From an uncultured virus (IMG/VR IMGVR_UViG_3300027759_000054) (Duplodnaviria > Heunggongvirae > Uroviricota > Caudoviricetes), in IMG/VR virus record IMGVR_UViG_3300027759_000054: DNA of 60,200 nucleotides, one strand, 5' to 3'. Below, in pieces: positions 48,155-58,003 of the stretch (positions are counted from its first letter, which is position 1; the number at the start of each line of letters is the position of its first letter). The position numbers were made by a program, and so were the translations under genes. The notes beneath the pieces were generated by a model. That model had not been told where the DNA came from. It did not search any database and saw only the letters and a list, made by a program, of their open reading frames with translations.

Positions 48155-48322
48155 ATGACTATTGCTGAATCGAATTATGTTTATACCCTTGATGATCTCT
48201 ATAAGATCTTTCAGCAGGAAGAATGGTTTGATGTAAAGGTACAACTTCTCCGCGAGTGGCAGGCAATGAATCTCCCCTACCGCATCAACTGGGATAAATT
48301 AATTTCAAAATATGTAATTTAG
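48155..48322 (+). CDS. Small early protein (55 aa, not in the ORF track)
   Basis: SD AAGGA; stop TAG lies within the next promoter cassette. Confidence 0.6.
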   Translation: MTIAESNYVYTLDDLYKIFQQEEWFDVKVQLLREWQAMNLPYRINWDKLISKYVI

Positions 48323-48326
48323 GGGC

Positions 48327-48355
48327 TTGCTATTTGTGACGTTTTAGGGTATATT
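48327..48355 (+). promoter_or_regulatory. Early promoter cassette
   Basis: AATTTAGGGGC-TTGCTA-17-TATATT. Confidence 0.7.
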
Positions 48356-48380
48356 GGTATAATAGAAAAAGGAAATGATT

Positions 48381-48659
48381 ATGACTAATTTTACAAAAAC
48401 CAATTTGATCTCTAGCGGTGATTCGGTGTTCTACCGTGCTCCTAATGATGAATCTGCTCCTAAGTTCGTCGCTCGGTTTAAACATCGTGGTCCTGTGACT
48501 AAGGCGAAGTTCCTGAAAACTCTCCGTAAGAACTATACCGTTGAGTCCTACTTCGCCAAAATGACCGCTGGTGTTCCGCCGCTGCGTGTGCTGATGAATG
48601 ATGGTTTGCTGGTGTTCGGTGATGATGGTAAGTTCGTTCTTGATGGGAAGGTAATATAA
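48381..48659 (+). CDS. Hypothetical early protein
   Basis: KFVARFKH..F.K.L.KNYTVE.YF motif. Confidence 0.65.
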   Translation: MTNFTKTNLISSGDSVFYRAPNDESAPKFVARFKHRGPVTKAKFLKTLRKNYTVESYFAKMTAGVPPLRVLMNDGLLVFGDDGKFVLDGKVI

Positions 48660-48871
48660 TGATGAATGTTGAACAACAAGTCCTTGATGGTCTCGCGAAG
48701 GCACCTGATGCCTTTGACTACATCTATGATTGTATCTCTGCAACCCATGGGTGGGTGATCCATGATTATGTATCGGCGCTCTATAATGAAGCAGCGCATG
48801 ACCATGGGTTCGCTCCTGATGATGACTTCGAAGAAATAATTAATCGCATCCTTGATGATTTAGGGGCTTGA
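48659..48871 (+). CDS. Hypothetical early protein
   Basis: Acidic coupled ORF. Confidence 0.6.
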   Translation: MMNVEQQVLDGLAKAPDAFDYIYDCISATHGWVIHDYVSALYNEAAHDHGFAPDDDFEEIINRILDDLGA

Positions 48872-48896
48872 CATTATTGTAAAAATAGGGTATAGT
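48868..48896 (+). promoter_or_regulatory. Early promoter cassette
   Basis: TTTAGGGGC-TTGACA-17-TATAGT. Confidence 0.85.
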
Positions 48897-48926
48897 GGAG
48901 TTATAATGATGAGAAAAGGAAATATT

Positions 48927-49175
48927 ATGAAAACATTCACTACTCCTCAGTTGGTTGATCAACTGATGTCTAATCTCCGCATCCTTGCTGGTAGTGCTGA
49001 CAAGAATTCCTACATTACTGGGTATATCTCGGCATGTCTCGCTGACATCGCTGAGAAGGGTGTTGATGAGTTGACTGCGATTGTTGACTACACCAACCAG
49101 CGCATTGAAGCTGATGAATACAACAAACGTGCTGATGCTCGTCGTCAGGCATGGGTTGATAAGGAGTTTGCATAA
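48927..49175 (+). CDS. Hypothetical early protein
   Basis: SD AAGGA. Confidence 0.6.
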   Translation: MKTFTTPQLVDQLMSNLRILAGSADKNSYITGYISACLADIAEKGVDELTAIVDYTNQRIEADEYNKRADARRQAWVDKEFA

Positions 49176-49950
49176 TATGGACATGATCGGTTTTGATAAT
49201 GAATTCATGAGTGATCCATGCACTCACTCGAAGATCCTCCTCCCAATCCCTGAGAATGTTCGTGATGTTCCCTGTGGTGGATGTGCTCGTGAGAATGAAT
49301 GTGCTGCTCGTATGACTGAGTGTGTCGCCTTTCGGGTATGGTCTGCCACTGGTGACTTCCTTGATGAGGATGTCTCTCGATTGATGCGTGTCCCTCGATG
49401 GGTTTGATTGCCGTGTAGGGAGTAGTTGTACCTCTGTAGCATCTGAGCTATGGTTTTGTAAAAAAGGTACCCCTCCCCCATCTCGGGTTTAACGCTGACT
49501 TGCTTTAACATCGTGCGACATACCTTTACACATACCCCTACACAGGGAAAGGATTCCAAACATGCCAAGAAAAAAAATCGGGGCCGGAAAAAATGGATCT
49601 CCAGGGGTCGCAGAGCAATTGGTCGCACAGGATGTGGCAACCTACTATGAGTATACTGCACCTGATGCTACAGTTGTGCTGCTCAATCGTTATGAGTGGA
49701 CACGAGGTCTTGGCATCACTGATAAGAATGTAAAGAAAGCACAAGCAGCGAGGCATCGTGAGGTTGCCAAGGGGTTTGCCACCGTGGAGCAAGCATGATG
49801 AAAGTAAAGAAGATAATACGGAAACTGTATCAAGCAATCATTAACCATGATGAAAAGAAAGAAAAAAAGTTATGGTTAAAGGCATTGAAAAAGTCATTGA
49901 AACACAAACACACTCAGGTGATTAAATAATAGGGTTGTTAAATTAGGGGC

Positions 49951-49979
49951 TTGACTTTTATCTCATTTTAGGGTATACT
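49951..49979 (+). promoter_or_regulatory. Early promoter cassette
   Basis: TTAGGGGC-TTGACT-17-TATACT. Confidence 0.85.
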
Positions 49980-50009
49980 GTGTATATAATGATGAAAAGG
50001 AACTTGATT

Positions 50010-50234
50010 ATGTTTACTGTTGAAAAAATGAATGGCGTCTACATGGTAATGAAGAATAATGTTGAGATGATCAATGCGCATCGTCTGAAGCGTGATGCTC
50101 TTGCTGAGGCATTTTATCTGGGTCAGACCACCATGAAGACTGTTACTGTCATGGGTACTGATACGCAGATTCAGATCCCTGTCAATACTCCTATTCACTG
50201 CGATCCTTCCTCTGAAACATACTGGAGCATGTGA
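50010..50234 (+). CDS. Hypothetical early protein
   Basis: C-terminal NTP..CDPSSETYWSM motif. Confidence 0.65.
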   Translation: MFTVEKMNGVYMVMKNNVEMINAHRLKRDALAEAFYLGQTTMKTVTVMGTDTQIQIPVNTPIHCDPSSETYWSM

Positions 50235-50405
50235 TGGGTATTTTCTCTGCCATACTACTACTCATAGTAGCATACATCATATTTGCAGTGATTATCTTTC
50301 CACTGCTCATAATGACGATATTTGCTTTTGGTTCACTGTTCCCCTATATCATCGGAGCAGTAGTTCTTTATATCATCTGGAAGTTGTGGAAGAAGCGGAA
50401 GTAGT

Positions 50406-51755
50406 ATGAAGAAACTTTCACCCATTTTAGTATTACTGTTGCTCACTGCCTGTGGGGGTAGTAGCAGCACTGCACCTACGGTAATAACAGTACCACCATT
50501 CGCGCCTACACCTACTACACCTCCAGTGGTAACTCCACCACTGGTTACACCAGTTGGTAATACATTATTCTCAGCACCGAAAAAGATTGAAGGTATTCAG
50601 ATCGCTATACCATATACTGAGGCGGACTATAAGTGGACTCTGGAGTTTACCATTGAGTCTTTTTATGTTGTCGATAATCGTATATCATTTCTGAGAACAT
50701 TCCTTCCGCAGAATGTGACGAAACCTGATGTTTATGGTGATGAGTTTGCTTATACTCTTACGAACAACAGTTCTACAGTATACGCTACGAAGGCAAACAG
50801 TATAGTTTCTACATCCCATCCAGCAGACATGATTGAAATCGCAGACTTTAATCGTGATGGATATAAGGATGTATTCATTGGTGATTCTGGATATGATGAG
50901 GGAACACCACGAGTTGGTGGGCAGAACAAACTGCTCTTTGGTAGTGCGAATGGGTTGATAGACAAGAGCGAAAATATTCCTGCTCTTAAAGACTTTACGC
51001 ATTCCACGGCGATAAGTGACATTGACAATGATGGCGATATTGACATCTATGTTGGCAACACCACTTCATTCCCTTCGCCGTATTTTCTGGTAAACGATGG
51101 TAGTGGTAAGTTCACGAGACGTGACCTCTTCGCCGCTGGGTTCAATGCATCAGTATATACCGCATCAGAGTTCGCCGACCTTGACGGTGACGGAGTATCC
51201 GAATTAGTTCTCGGTGGAGATTCAGCGCTGGGCGGTGCCAACAGCATTATCCTTCGGTATGTTGGTGGGAAGTATGCGATCTCTAAGACGCTGGACACAG
51301 CAGGACGTATCGTAACCGATATCTCGATCGCCGACCTAAACGGTGATGGTAAGAAGGAAATCGTTATGTCCTCTGCTCCCGTCGAACCTTTCTATAAAGG
51401 TACTACGATTTTTGTCTATGGACAGACTAATGGGGAATATAGTAGGACTGAGAGTTTTGTTGTGAGTGATCAACGATGGAACAGCAAACTTCACGTGACC
51501 GATGTAAACGGAGATGGTTTGCTCGATATTGTCTCGACTGGATTAAGCACACCAGATACAAAGATTCTCATAAATAATGGTAAGACTTTTACGTTTGATC
51601 AAAGTTTCAAAGCACCATGGGATCATGTGGGAACAGGTGTTGAAATGTGGGACGTAAACAATGATGGCAAATTGGACTTCATCTTTACCAAGCAAGAACA
51701 ACAGATAACTTCAAAAACATTAAATGTAGGTGTCTATGTGATGTTTGGTGGGTAG
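50406..51755 (+). CDS. Lipoprotein with FG-GAP/VCBS beta-propeller repeats
   Basis: Lipobox LTA-C-GG, Pro/Thr linker, six D(F/I/L/V)(N/D)xDGxxD/E repeats. Confidence 0.88.
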   Translation: MKKLSPILVLLLLTACGGSSSTAPTVITVPPFAPTPTTPPVVTPPLVTPVGNTLFSAPKKIEGIQIAIPYTEADYKWTLEFTIESFYVVDNRISFLRTFLPQNVTKPDVYGDEFAYTLTNNSSTVYATKANSIVSTSHPADMIEIADFNRDGYKDVFIGDSGYDEGTPRVGGQNKLLFGSANGLIDKSENIPALKDFTHSTAISDIDNDGDIDIYVGNTTSFPSPYFLVNDGSGKFTRRDLFAAGFNASVYTASEFADLDGDGVSELVLGGDSALGGANSIILRYVGGKYAISKTLDTAGRIVTDISIADLNGDGKKEIVMSSAPVEPFYKGTTIFVYGQTNGEYSRTESFVVSDQRWNSKLHVTDVNGDGLLDIVSTGLSTPDTKILINNGKTFTFDQSFKAPWDHVGTGVEMWDVNNDGKLDFIFTKQEQQITSKTLNVGVYVMFGG

Positions 51756-51766
51756 AAAAAAACTGA

Positions 51767-52297
51767 ATGTTTCTTTACTGCACTCCTGGGTTTTCTATCA
51801 TGTCCGCGACTCGCTGCGGACACACCAACATGTATAACTACTTTGGTATAGAACCATATACTGTCATGGGGTTTCCTTTTCGGAGTTGGAAGTTACATTA
51901 CAATCCTATTATAGTTCTTCGCAATCCGCTAGACCGTGTGGCTTCTGCAGCATCTATGACTTGGGTAAAAATGCCGCTGATAACACACACAGAGGATGCT
52001 GGTGCAGTATTTGTTCGTCACTCTCTTCCTTATATGAAACTGATAGGAGATAGAATTCGCATCATAGATTTTTATGACCTTGAGCAGTATATTCCTAGAA
52101 CTGGGTTTCAGTCGTGGCGTGCCAATTCTCGTGTCGATGATACTGCGAAGGTGGAGGATGTTTATGTAGAGAATGATGCCTATACTCTACAGGATTTGAA
52201 ACAAGAGGTTAGCATATATAATAAATTAATGACAACCCAAGAAAGAGTATCAGTCGAAGAATGGAAAGAATTGACGCATGCATGGTCTAAACAATAG
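51767..52297 (+). CDS. Sulfotransferase-like protein, paralog 2
   Basis: TRCGHTNM, IVLRNPLDR..S; clearly homologous to 46974..47474. Confidence 0.55.
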   Translation: MFLYCTPGFSIMSATRCGHTNMYNYFGIEPYTVMGFPFRSWKLHYNPIIVLRNPLDRVASAASMTWVKMPLITHTEDAGAVFVRHSLPYMKLIGDRIRIIDFYDLEQYIPRTGFQSWRANSRVDDTAKVEDVYVENDAYTLQDLKQEVSIYNKLMTTQERVSVEEWKELTHAWSKQ

Positions 52298-53048
52298 TTA
52301 CGGTCGGAGTTGGTATAGCATCCATGGATTGGTTGACAAAACGGTAACATGGACTCCCTCTGACTCCGAAGACCGTTTCGAAGAGAACATGGCAGATCCT
52401 GAGAAACGAGCGGAACTGGAGAAGTATGGATGGACTCGCGATAATGTTTCCTATACATTCAACCAATATGGATTTCGCGCTGACCAGTTTACTCGTGGAT
52501 CAAGTGACTCTGTTGTATTTCTCGGATGTTCTCTTACTGTGGGTATCGGCGTAGATCTGGAAAGTACTTGGGCATATAAAGTAGCGAGCAGTCTTGGACT
52601 TCGTCGATATAATCTTGGCGTAGGTGCAAGTAGTGCAGATACATGTTTCCGATTGGCACATCACTGGATTCCGCGACTGCAACCGAAGTATGTTATCATG
52701 CTTACGCCCAGCGATACGCGAATTGAAATGGTATTAGAAAAGTATCTTGTGAATTTCATGCCTACCATGTCTACATATATTGAGAAGGAATATGCAGGAA
52801 TACTCGAAGCATTTTACAATGGTTGGTTATCACATCCTGCTAATCGCGAAATGAATCGGTTAAAGAACGTGATGGGAGTGCGAACGATCTGTAATAGTAT
52901 TGGCGTTCCGCTATTGGAGATACCAGTAGAAAAAAATTGGAATGGAAAAGAAAGGAAGTTTGGACGAGATTTAATGCATCCAGGGACAGAGTGGCACGAA
53001 ACAGTCGCCAAAACTTTTATGGAAAAACATTCCGAATTGCCGACATAG
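52278..53048 (+). CDS. SGNH/GDSL-like hydrolase-fold protein
   Basis: FLGCSLTVG, NLGVG.SS, DLMHPG. Confidence 0.65.
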   Translation: MHGLNNSYGRSWYSIHGLVDKTVTWTPSDSEDRFEENMADPEKRAELEKYGWTRDNVSYTFNQYGFRADQFTRGSSDSVVFLGCSLTVGIGVDLESTWAYKVASSLGLRRYNLGVGASSADTCFRLAHHWIPRLQPKYVIMLTPSDTRIEMVLEKYLVNFMPTMSTYIEKEYAGILEAFYNGWLSHPANREMNRLKNVMGVRTICNSIGVPLLEIPVEKNWNGKERKFGRDLMHPGTEWHETVAKTFMEKHSELPT

Positions 53049-53052
53049 GGGC

Positions 53053-53100
53053 TTGACTTTTGTTCGTTTTTAGGGTATAGTGGTACTATAGTTTGAAAGG
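53053..53100 (+). promoter_or_regulatory. Early promoter cassette with conserved leader
   Basis: TAGGGGC-TTGACT-17-TATAGT; TATAGTTTGAAAGG at 53087. Confidence 0.85.
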
Positions 53101-53107
53101 TTTTATT

Positions 53108-53575
53108 ATGGATATCACAGTTACAGGTTTGATCGGTCGTCGTAGCGATAAAAAGAAATTGATCGAGGCAGCAGAATTTTTTGCCGCCCAGTTGATGGAC
53201 CCTCGTATGGTTCGCAACCTCACGTTAGATATCGAAGTCTGGAAGGATCTAGATTTAGAAGGTGAGTGCGTCGACGAGAATGGCACGAAGAACCCTCGCT
53301 GGTTTACCATCGGTCTCAAAAACCAAGACATCGAAGAAATGATCAAGGTACTTGGTCACGAGATGGTTCATGTCAAGCAACATGCCAAGAACGAACTCGC
53401 GACTGGTCATGCGGTCGCCGCTCGTGGTGGTCTCAAAATCTACAGCAAGTGGATGGGTCAGATCTGGAAACCCAAAGGCAAGGAAGATGCCTATTTCGAT
53501 GCTCCTTGGGAGATCGAAGCATATGGTCGCGAAGTCGGTCTTTATCACAAGTGGTGCGCGGCAAAAAACTCTTGA
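53108..53575 (+). CDS. Zincin-like metallopeptidase
   Basis: HEMVHVKQ (HExxH), PWEIEAY. Confidence 0.75.
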   Translation: MDITVTGLIGRRSDKKKLIEAAEFFAAQLMDPRMVRNLTLDIEVWKDLDLEGECVDENGTKNPRWFTIGLKNQDIEEMIKVLGHEMVHVKQHAKNELATGHAVAARGGLKIYSKWMGQIWKPKGKEDAYFDAPWEIEAYGREVGLYHKWCAAKNS

Positions 53576-53600
53576 CATCTTGTGGAAAATCGAGTATACT
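53572..53600 (+). promoter_or_regulatory. Sigma70 promoter of the TET/JBP operon
   Basis: C-TTGACA-17-TATACT. Confidence 0.75.
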
Positions 53601-53652
53601 GGTATATTGAAGACGCCTACATAATAGGGTAAGAAAAAACTTTGGAGATATT

Positions 53653-54993
53653 ATGGTTAAAATTATTGTTGCAGATTCTAAATTACAGTGCGAGCATCTG
53701 TTAGGACAGTATCTAGATGAGAGTCATTATGATACTCTTATTGAGGAAGACACTGACTGCTACATGGAATCATTATTCGGCACTGAGAGTCGTGGTAATG
53801 AAGATCGCATTGCGTTTAAGTTTCGCAAGAACTGGTTCTCTAAAGAAGAACAAGATCAGGCATATGTCGGATTGCGGGAAGCAGCAACAGAATCGCAGAA
53901 TCGTGGACAGGCAGCAGGTCCACGTGGCGAGATGCTTGGCGTAGAGGGTCGAGGTGGACGTGATTGGGTAACTGATTATGAATTAGAAGTTCTCGACTTC
54001 CTCATGGATACTAGCGGTAAACTGATAGATGATGTCACCATTGCTAGTATCCGCGCCAAGTATGCGGGTGCACCTCGTTCGAGTTCAGATGAGACTCGTG
54101 GTTCAGTCTGGTTGCGCAGTAAGGTATGTGAGCAATATCCAGAGTATTTCGGTTGGTTCGATAAGTGGGTCGATAGTCTAGACGGTAAGTCAGAGGAAGA
54201 AATCGTAAATGCAGCAAAAACTGTCGCGACTAAGTGGGTATCGTCGACCAACTATGCGAAGTCGGTTTTCTCAGGTGTTGCTGGATGGTATGACCGTTAT
54301 CCTAGGATTCCTTTTGGTCGTGCTACTACCTATACTCGCGATAACTTTGATAAGTTTAAGTTGTCCTTTCCTTTTCTACAGTCTTTGGACCGTGGTTTCA
54401 AAGAACTACTACCCGCACGGTGGTCAAACCAAAAGAAGGCAGCAGGAAAAATCGACCCGAAGTTCGTTGTTCCCGATACCGTATTCACCACCATCACTGT
54501 CAACAAGTCCTTCCGAACAGCAGCGCATCGCGACGCTGGTGATTTTGCTGATGGTCTCAGCAATCTTCTGGTCGTTGGTAGCGGTGACTATACTGGCGGT
54601 TATCTAGTATTCCCCGAGTATCGTATCGCAGTGAATGTGCGTCCAGGTGACTTGTTGCTTGTGAGCAATCATGAGATTATTCATGGCAACACTGAGATTA
54701 AACTGACTCGTCCAGATGCTGAACGTATTTCGTTGGTTTGTTATCTTCGCGAGAACATGCTAGATCTTGGTTCATTTGATTATGAAACAACTCGTGAGCA
54801 GTATGTGATTGACCGCAGAATGAACAAAGAACATAAGCATCATCGTCCACTTTGGAATGGCGTATCGCCAGGAATGTGGGATGAGCAAGAATGGTATGAC
54901 TACCTTGAAACTAAACTCGGACGAGATACAGTTGCCAAGTATCATCCCAAAGCATGCGCAGAGAGTTCGTCGCTGGAGGATTTGTTCGGATGA
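53653..54993 (+). CDS. TET/JBP-family 2OG-Fe(II) nucleic-acid base dioxygenase
   Basis: FTTITVNKSFRTAAHRDAGD, GGYLVFPEY..AV..RPGDLLL..HE.IHGNT, RISLVCYLRE. Confidence 0.85.
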   Translation: MVKIIVADSKLQCEHLLGQYLDESHYDTLIEEDTDCYMESLFGTESRGNEDRIAFKFRKNWFSKEEQDQAYVGLREAATESQNRGQAAGPRGEMLGVEGRGGRDWVTDYELEVLDFLMDTSGKLIDDVTIASIRAKYAGAPRSSSDETRGSVWLRSKVCEQYPEYFGWFDKWVDSLDGKSEEEIVNAAKTVATKWVSSTNYAKSVFSGVAGWYDRYPRIPFGRATTYTRDNFDKFKLSFPFLQSLDRGFKELLPARWSNQKKAAGKIDPKFVVPDTVFTTITVNKSFRTAAHRDAGDFADGLSNLLVVGSGDYTGGYLVFPEYRIAVNVRPGDLLLVSNHEIIHGNTEIKLTRPDAERISLVCYLRENMLDLGSFDYETTREQYVIDRRMNKEHKHHRPLWNGVSPGMWDEQEWYDYLETKLGRDTVAKYHPKACAESSSLEDLFG

Positions 54994-55883
54994 AGGTTTT
55001 AGTTACTGGCGCGACAGGATATATCGGGTCGCATGTTGTTCGTATTTTAAAAGACCGTGGATATATCGTCCACGGTCTAGATGCGCATAATGTTCATGAC
55101 GAACTTAATGCAGATATTATGGATGTGTGTGATAAGTTCTTTGAGATTGATGTGTTAGATACTACCGCAATTACTACCGAAGTTACTGGTGTATATGATG
55201 CAGTAGTCCATCTCGCAGGTTTGTCTACTGTTGAGAAGTCTATGAAGATTCCATATGAGTATTTCAATGTCAATGTCACAGGAACTAAAAACATTCTTGA
55301 CTTCGTTGACGCCAAACATGTAATCTTCGCTGGTTCTAGTTCTTCGTTTGAGAATGCTTCTCCGTATGCAGTTTCCAAAACTGCTGCTGAACAAGTCATT
55401 CGTGCACAGGAAAAGATGGGGTGGACAATCTTCCGTTTCTTTAATGTCTCAGGGTCAGATGGTGCTCATCGTCAACTTGGTGCAGCGACACACTTGATTC
55501 GTGTTATTGCAGAAGTTGCAACAGGTAAGCGAGATATCTTAAAAGTATTCGGTAATGATTACGAGACTCGTGATGGAACTTGTATTCGTGATTACATTCA
55601 TGTCGTGGATCTGGCAGAAGCAATCGTTAATGCTGCTGAACAAGGTCCACTAAATACTGAGTACGAAGAACTTGGTTCCTGTCATGGGTGGACAGTTCTC
55701 GAGGTGATTGCTGCATTCGAAGAAGCAACATCAAAAACAATCAATTATGAAATTGCTGCACGTAGACCTGGAGATGCAGTAGCATGTAAGGTTGAAACTC
55801 CATCTCAACGACTTACGCTTAATAAAACAATTTATGATATGTGCTTAGACCAATATAATCTTGAACGTGGGAGAAACAAATAA
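54990..55883 (+). CDS. galE: UDP-glucose 4-epimerase
   Basis: TGATGYIGSH, YAVSK, RFFNV, THLI, T.DGTCIRDYIHV.DLA, RRPGD. Confidence 0.9.
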   Translation: MKVLVTGATGYIGSHVVRILKDRGYIVHGLDAHNVHDELNADIMDVCDKFFEIDVLDTTAITTEVTGVYDAVVHLAGLSTVEKSMKIPYEYFNVNVTGTKNILDFVDAKHVIFAGSSSSFENASPYAVSKTAAEQVIRAQEKMGWTIFRFFNVSGSDGAHRQLGAATHLIRVIAEVATGKRDILKVFGNDYETRDGTCIRDYIHVVDLAEAIVNAAEQGPLNTEYEELGSCHGWTVLEVIAAFEEATSKTINYEIAARRPGDAVACKVETPSQRLTLNKTIYDMCLDQYNLERGRNK

Positions 55884-55884
55884 T

Positions 55885-56910
55885 ATGAAGAAAATACTAG
55901 TAACTGGTTTTACTCGAGCAGCATGCACTGATAACTTCCATCAAAAATCTCAAATTAGTCTTTGCACTGCACACTATAGTTTTGTAGAATCTCTGCGCGA
56001 CATGGGATGGCAGGTTGAGCAACGTCCTGTAACAGCAGGTGAAGATTTATCTGGGTATGATAAAGTTGTTGTGTTTATCATGCACATCTCTCCATTCAAT
56101 ACTTACATGTATGGTGCACTGTGGGCAATCAGTCAACGACCTGATGCGTATCTAGCGATCGAAGATTGGCAGTCTCCCAAGAACATTAATACTTGGGGAA
56201 AAGATATTGACAAGATTGTAGATTCAGTAACTAATGATTACTACATCAATAATGTCGTAGCAGAAAAAGAACTTCGTCCTGAGTGGAAGTCTGCGTTCAA
56301 GGATGCCTTCTCAATTATTGCTGCTGGTGATAGACCAATTACGTTACCTGCGCATCTAGGTGGTGACTATAAGATGCTCTTTCCTAATTGGAAAGAAGAC
56401 AAAGTGCATTCTTGGTTTGCTCCAGCATATACTCTCCATCGTTATCCGAATGTTTTGTTCCCAGAACCGAAAAAGCGTATTTTCAACTTTGCTGGTTTGA
56501 TCCAGAGCGAAACTGAAAATTGGTTTAACAAGGTGACTAAGGATGCTACTTGGCAGATTATGCAGTATGGTTCTAAGAGCAAGAAGCAGATTCGTTTGAC
56601 AGAAGAAGAAATGGTTACTGTATTCAATGAGCAGTGGGGTATTCTGATGGCAGGATATTGGCATGCTGGATCTGGTTGGTGGCGCGCACGTCCGCAGCAG
56701 GTTGCTGATGTTGGATCTATTCTTATCTGCGAAGACAAAGAAGGCGCAGTATTTGGCGAACCTTATGTTGGTCTGTCATGTGCAAAACTTGAAGGTATGA
56801 CCGAAGAGCAACTCGAACGTCTTGCTGCCGATCAGAAGGAAGCATATTATACTTCACAACCAATGGACAAGAGTATAACACGTCGTCAAATTGAGGAATA
56901 CTTGGCATGA
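55885..56910 (+). CDS. GT-B glycosyltransferase resembling T4 DNA beta-glucosyltransferase
   Basis: RDMGWQVE and DLSGYDKVVV echo T4 BGT SEMGLNVD and DVNDYDRLIVV (from memory); C-terminal WWRAR.QQ...GSILI matches the GT-B donor-binding region. Confidence 0.6.
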   Translation: MKKILVTGFTRAACTDNFHQKSQISLCTAHYSFVESLRDMGWQVEQRPVTAGEDLSGYDKVVVFIMHISPFNTYMYGALWAISQRPDAYLAIEDWQSPKNINTWGKDIDKIVDSVTNDYYINNVVAEKELRPEWKSAFKDAFSIIAAGDRPITLPAHLGGDYKMLFPNWKEDKVHSWFAPAYTLHRYPNVLFPEPKKRIFNFAGLIQSETENWFNKVTKDATWQIMQYGSKSKKQIRLTEEEMVTVFNEQWGILMAGYWHAGSGWWRARPQQVADVGSILICEDKEGAVFGEPYVGLSCAKLEGMTEEQLERLAADQKEAYYTSQPMDKSITRRQIEEYLA

Positions 56911-57911
56911 AGTTTTTAATAGTTGGCGCAGGGTTCGCGGGTGGAGTATACGCTCGCGAACTTGCTGAAGCAGGACATACTGTTGATGTCATTGACTCCC
57001 GTGATCACATAGCAGGCAATGCATATGATTATGTGAACGAAGATGGTATCCGAGTCCACAAGTATGGACCACATATTTTTCATACCTCAAACACGAAGGT
57101 AGTTGATTGGTTAAGTAAATTTACCGATTGGGTAGAGCACGAGCATAAGGTTCTTGCCAAGCATACCGATGGTGACTTCTACGTTCTTCCGCCGAATCGA
57201 GATACAGTTGCGCGCATCGGTAAAGAAAATATTATTGATGTATTCTTTCGACCGTATACAAAGAAGATGTGGGAAAAAGAAATCGAAGAACTTAATCCCA
57301 AGATTCTTGAACGAGTTCCCATTCGCGACGACGATAATGAATTGTATTTCCCGAATGATGATTTCCAGAAAATGCCAGTAGATGGTTATACTGCTTTATT
57401 CGAGAGTATTTTTGACCATGAAAACATTACTGTGAAACTTGATTGCTTATTTGATAAGTCTATGGAGAATGAATATGATCATGTCTTCAATAGTATGCCT
57501 ATCGATCAGTATTATGATTATGAATTTGGTGAATTGCCATATCGCAGTATCAAGTTTAAAACTGTTACGCTACCCGAACGGCAGATGTATAAAGCAGCAA
57601 CAACGAACTTCACGACATATGATGGTCCGACGCGAGTAACTGAGTGGAAAAACTTTCCTAACCATGGTGTTAATCATCTTGCGACAACTCTGACTTATGA
57701 GTATCCTTGTGATTATAAAGATAACAACATGGAACGGTATTATCCAGTCAAGGATATCGAGGGTGTCAATGCGGATATCTATGAGAAGTATCTAACAAAG
57801 GATAATTCCAAAGTATCATTCATTGGGCGTTGTGGTACGTATCAATATCTAGACATGCATCAGGTTATTAATCAATCCCTAATTTCAGTGAAAAAATTTC
57901 TAGATAATTAA
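56907..57911 (+). CDS. glf: UDP-galactopyranose mutase
   Basis: VGAGFAG, HIAGNAYD, HKYGPHIFHT, YTKKMW, LPYRS, YYPV, GR.GTY.YLDMHQ. Confidence 0.95.
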   Translation: MKFLIVGAGFAGGVYARELAEAGHTVDVIDSRDHIAGNAYDYVNEDGIRVHKYGPHIFHTSNTKVVDWLSKFTDWVEHEHKVLAKHTDGDFYVLPPNRDTVARIGKENIIDVFFRPYTKKMWEKEIEELNPKILERVPIRDDDNELYFPNDDFQKMPVDGYTALFESIFDHENITVKLDCLFDKSMENEYDHVFNSMPIDQYYDYEFGELPYRSIKFKTVTLPERQMYKAATTNFTTYDGPTRVTEWKNFPNHGVNHLATTLTYEYPCDYKDNNMERYYPVKDIEGVNADIYEKYLTKDNSKVSFIGRCGTYQYLDMHQVINQSLISVKKFLDN

Positions 57912-57918
57912 AAATCTA

Positions 57919-57947
57919 TTTACTTTTCCGTCAAATTATAGTATAAG
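57919..57947 (+). promoter_or_regulatory. Sigma70-type promoter
   Basis: TTTACT-17-TATAAG. Confidence 0.45.
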
Positions 57948-58003
57948 AGTAATTGTAGTTGAGAACTACGCTAATCTTAAAAAATCCTGAACGGAGAAAC
58001 ATT

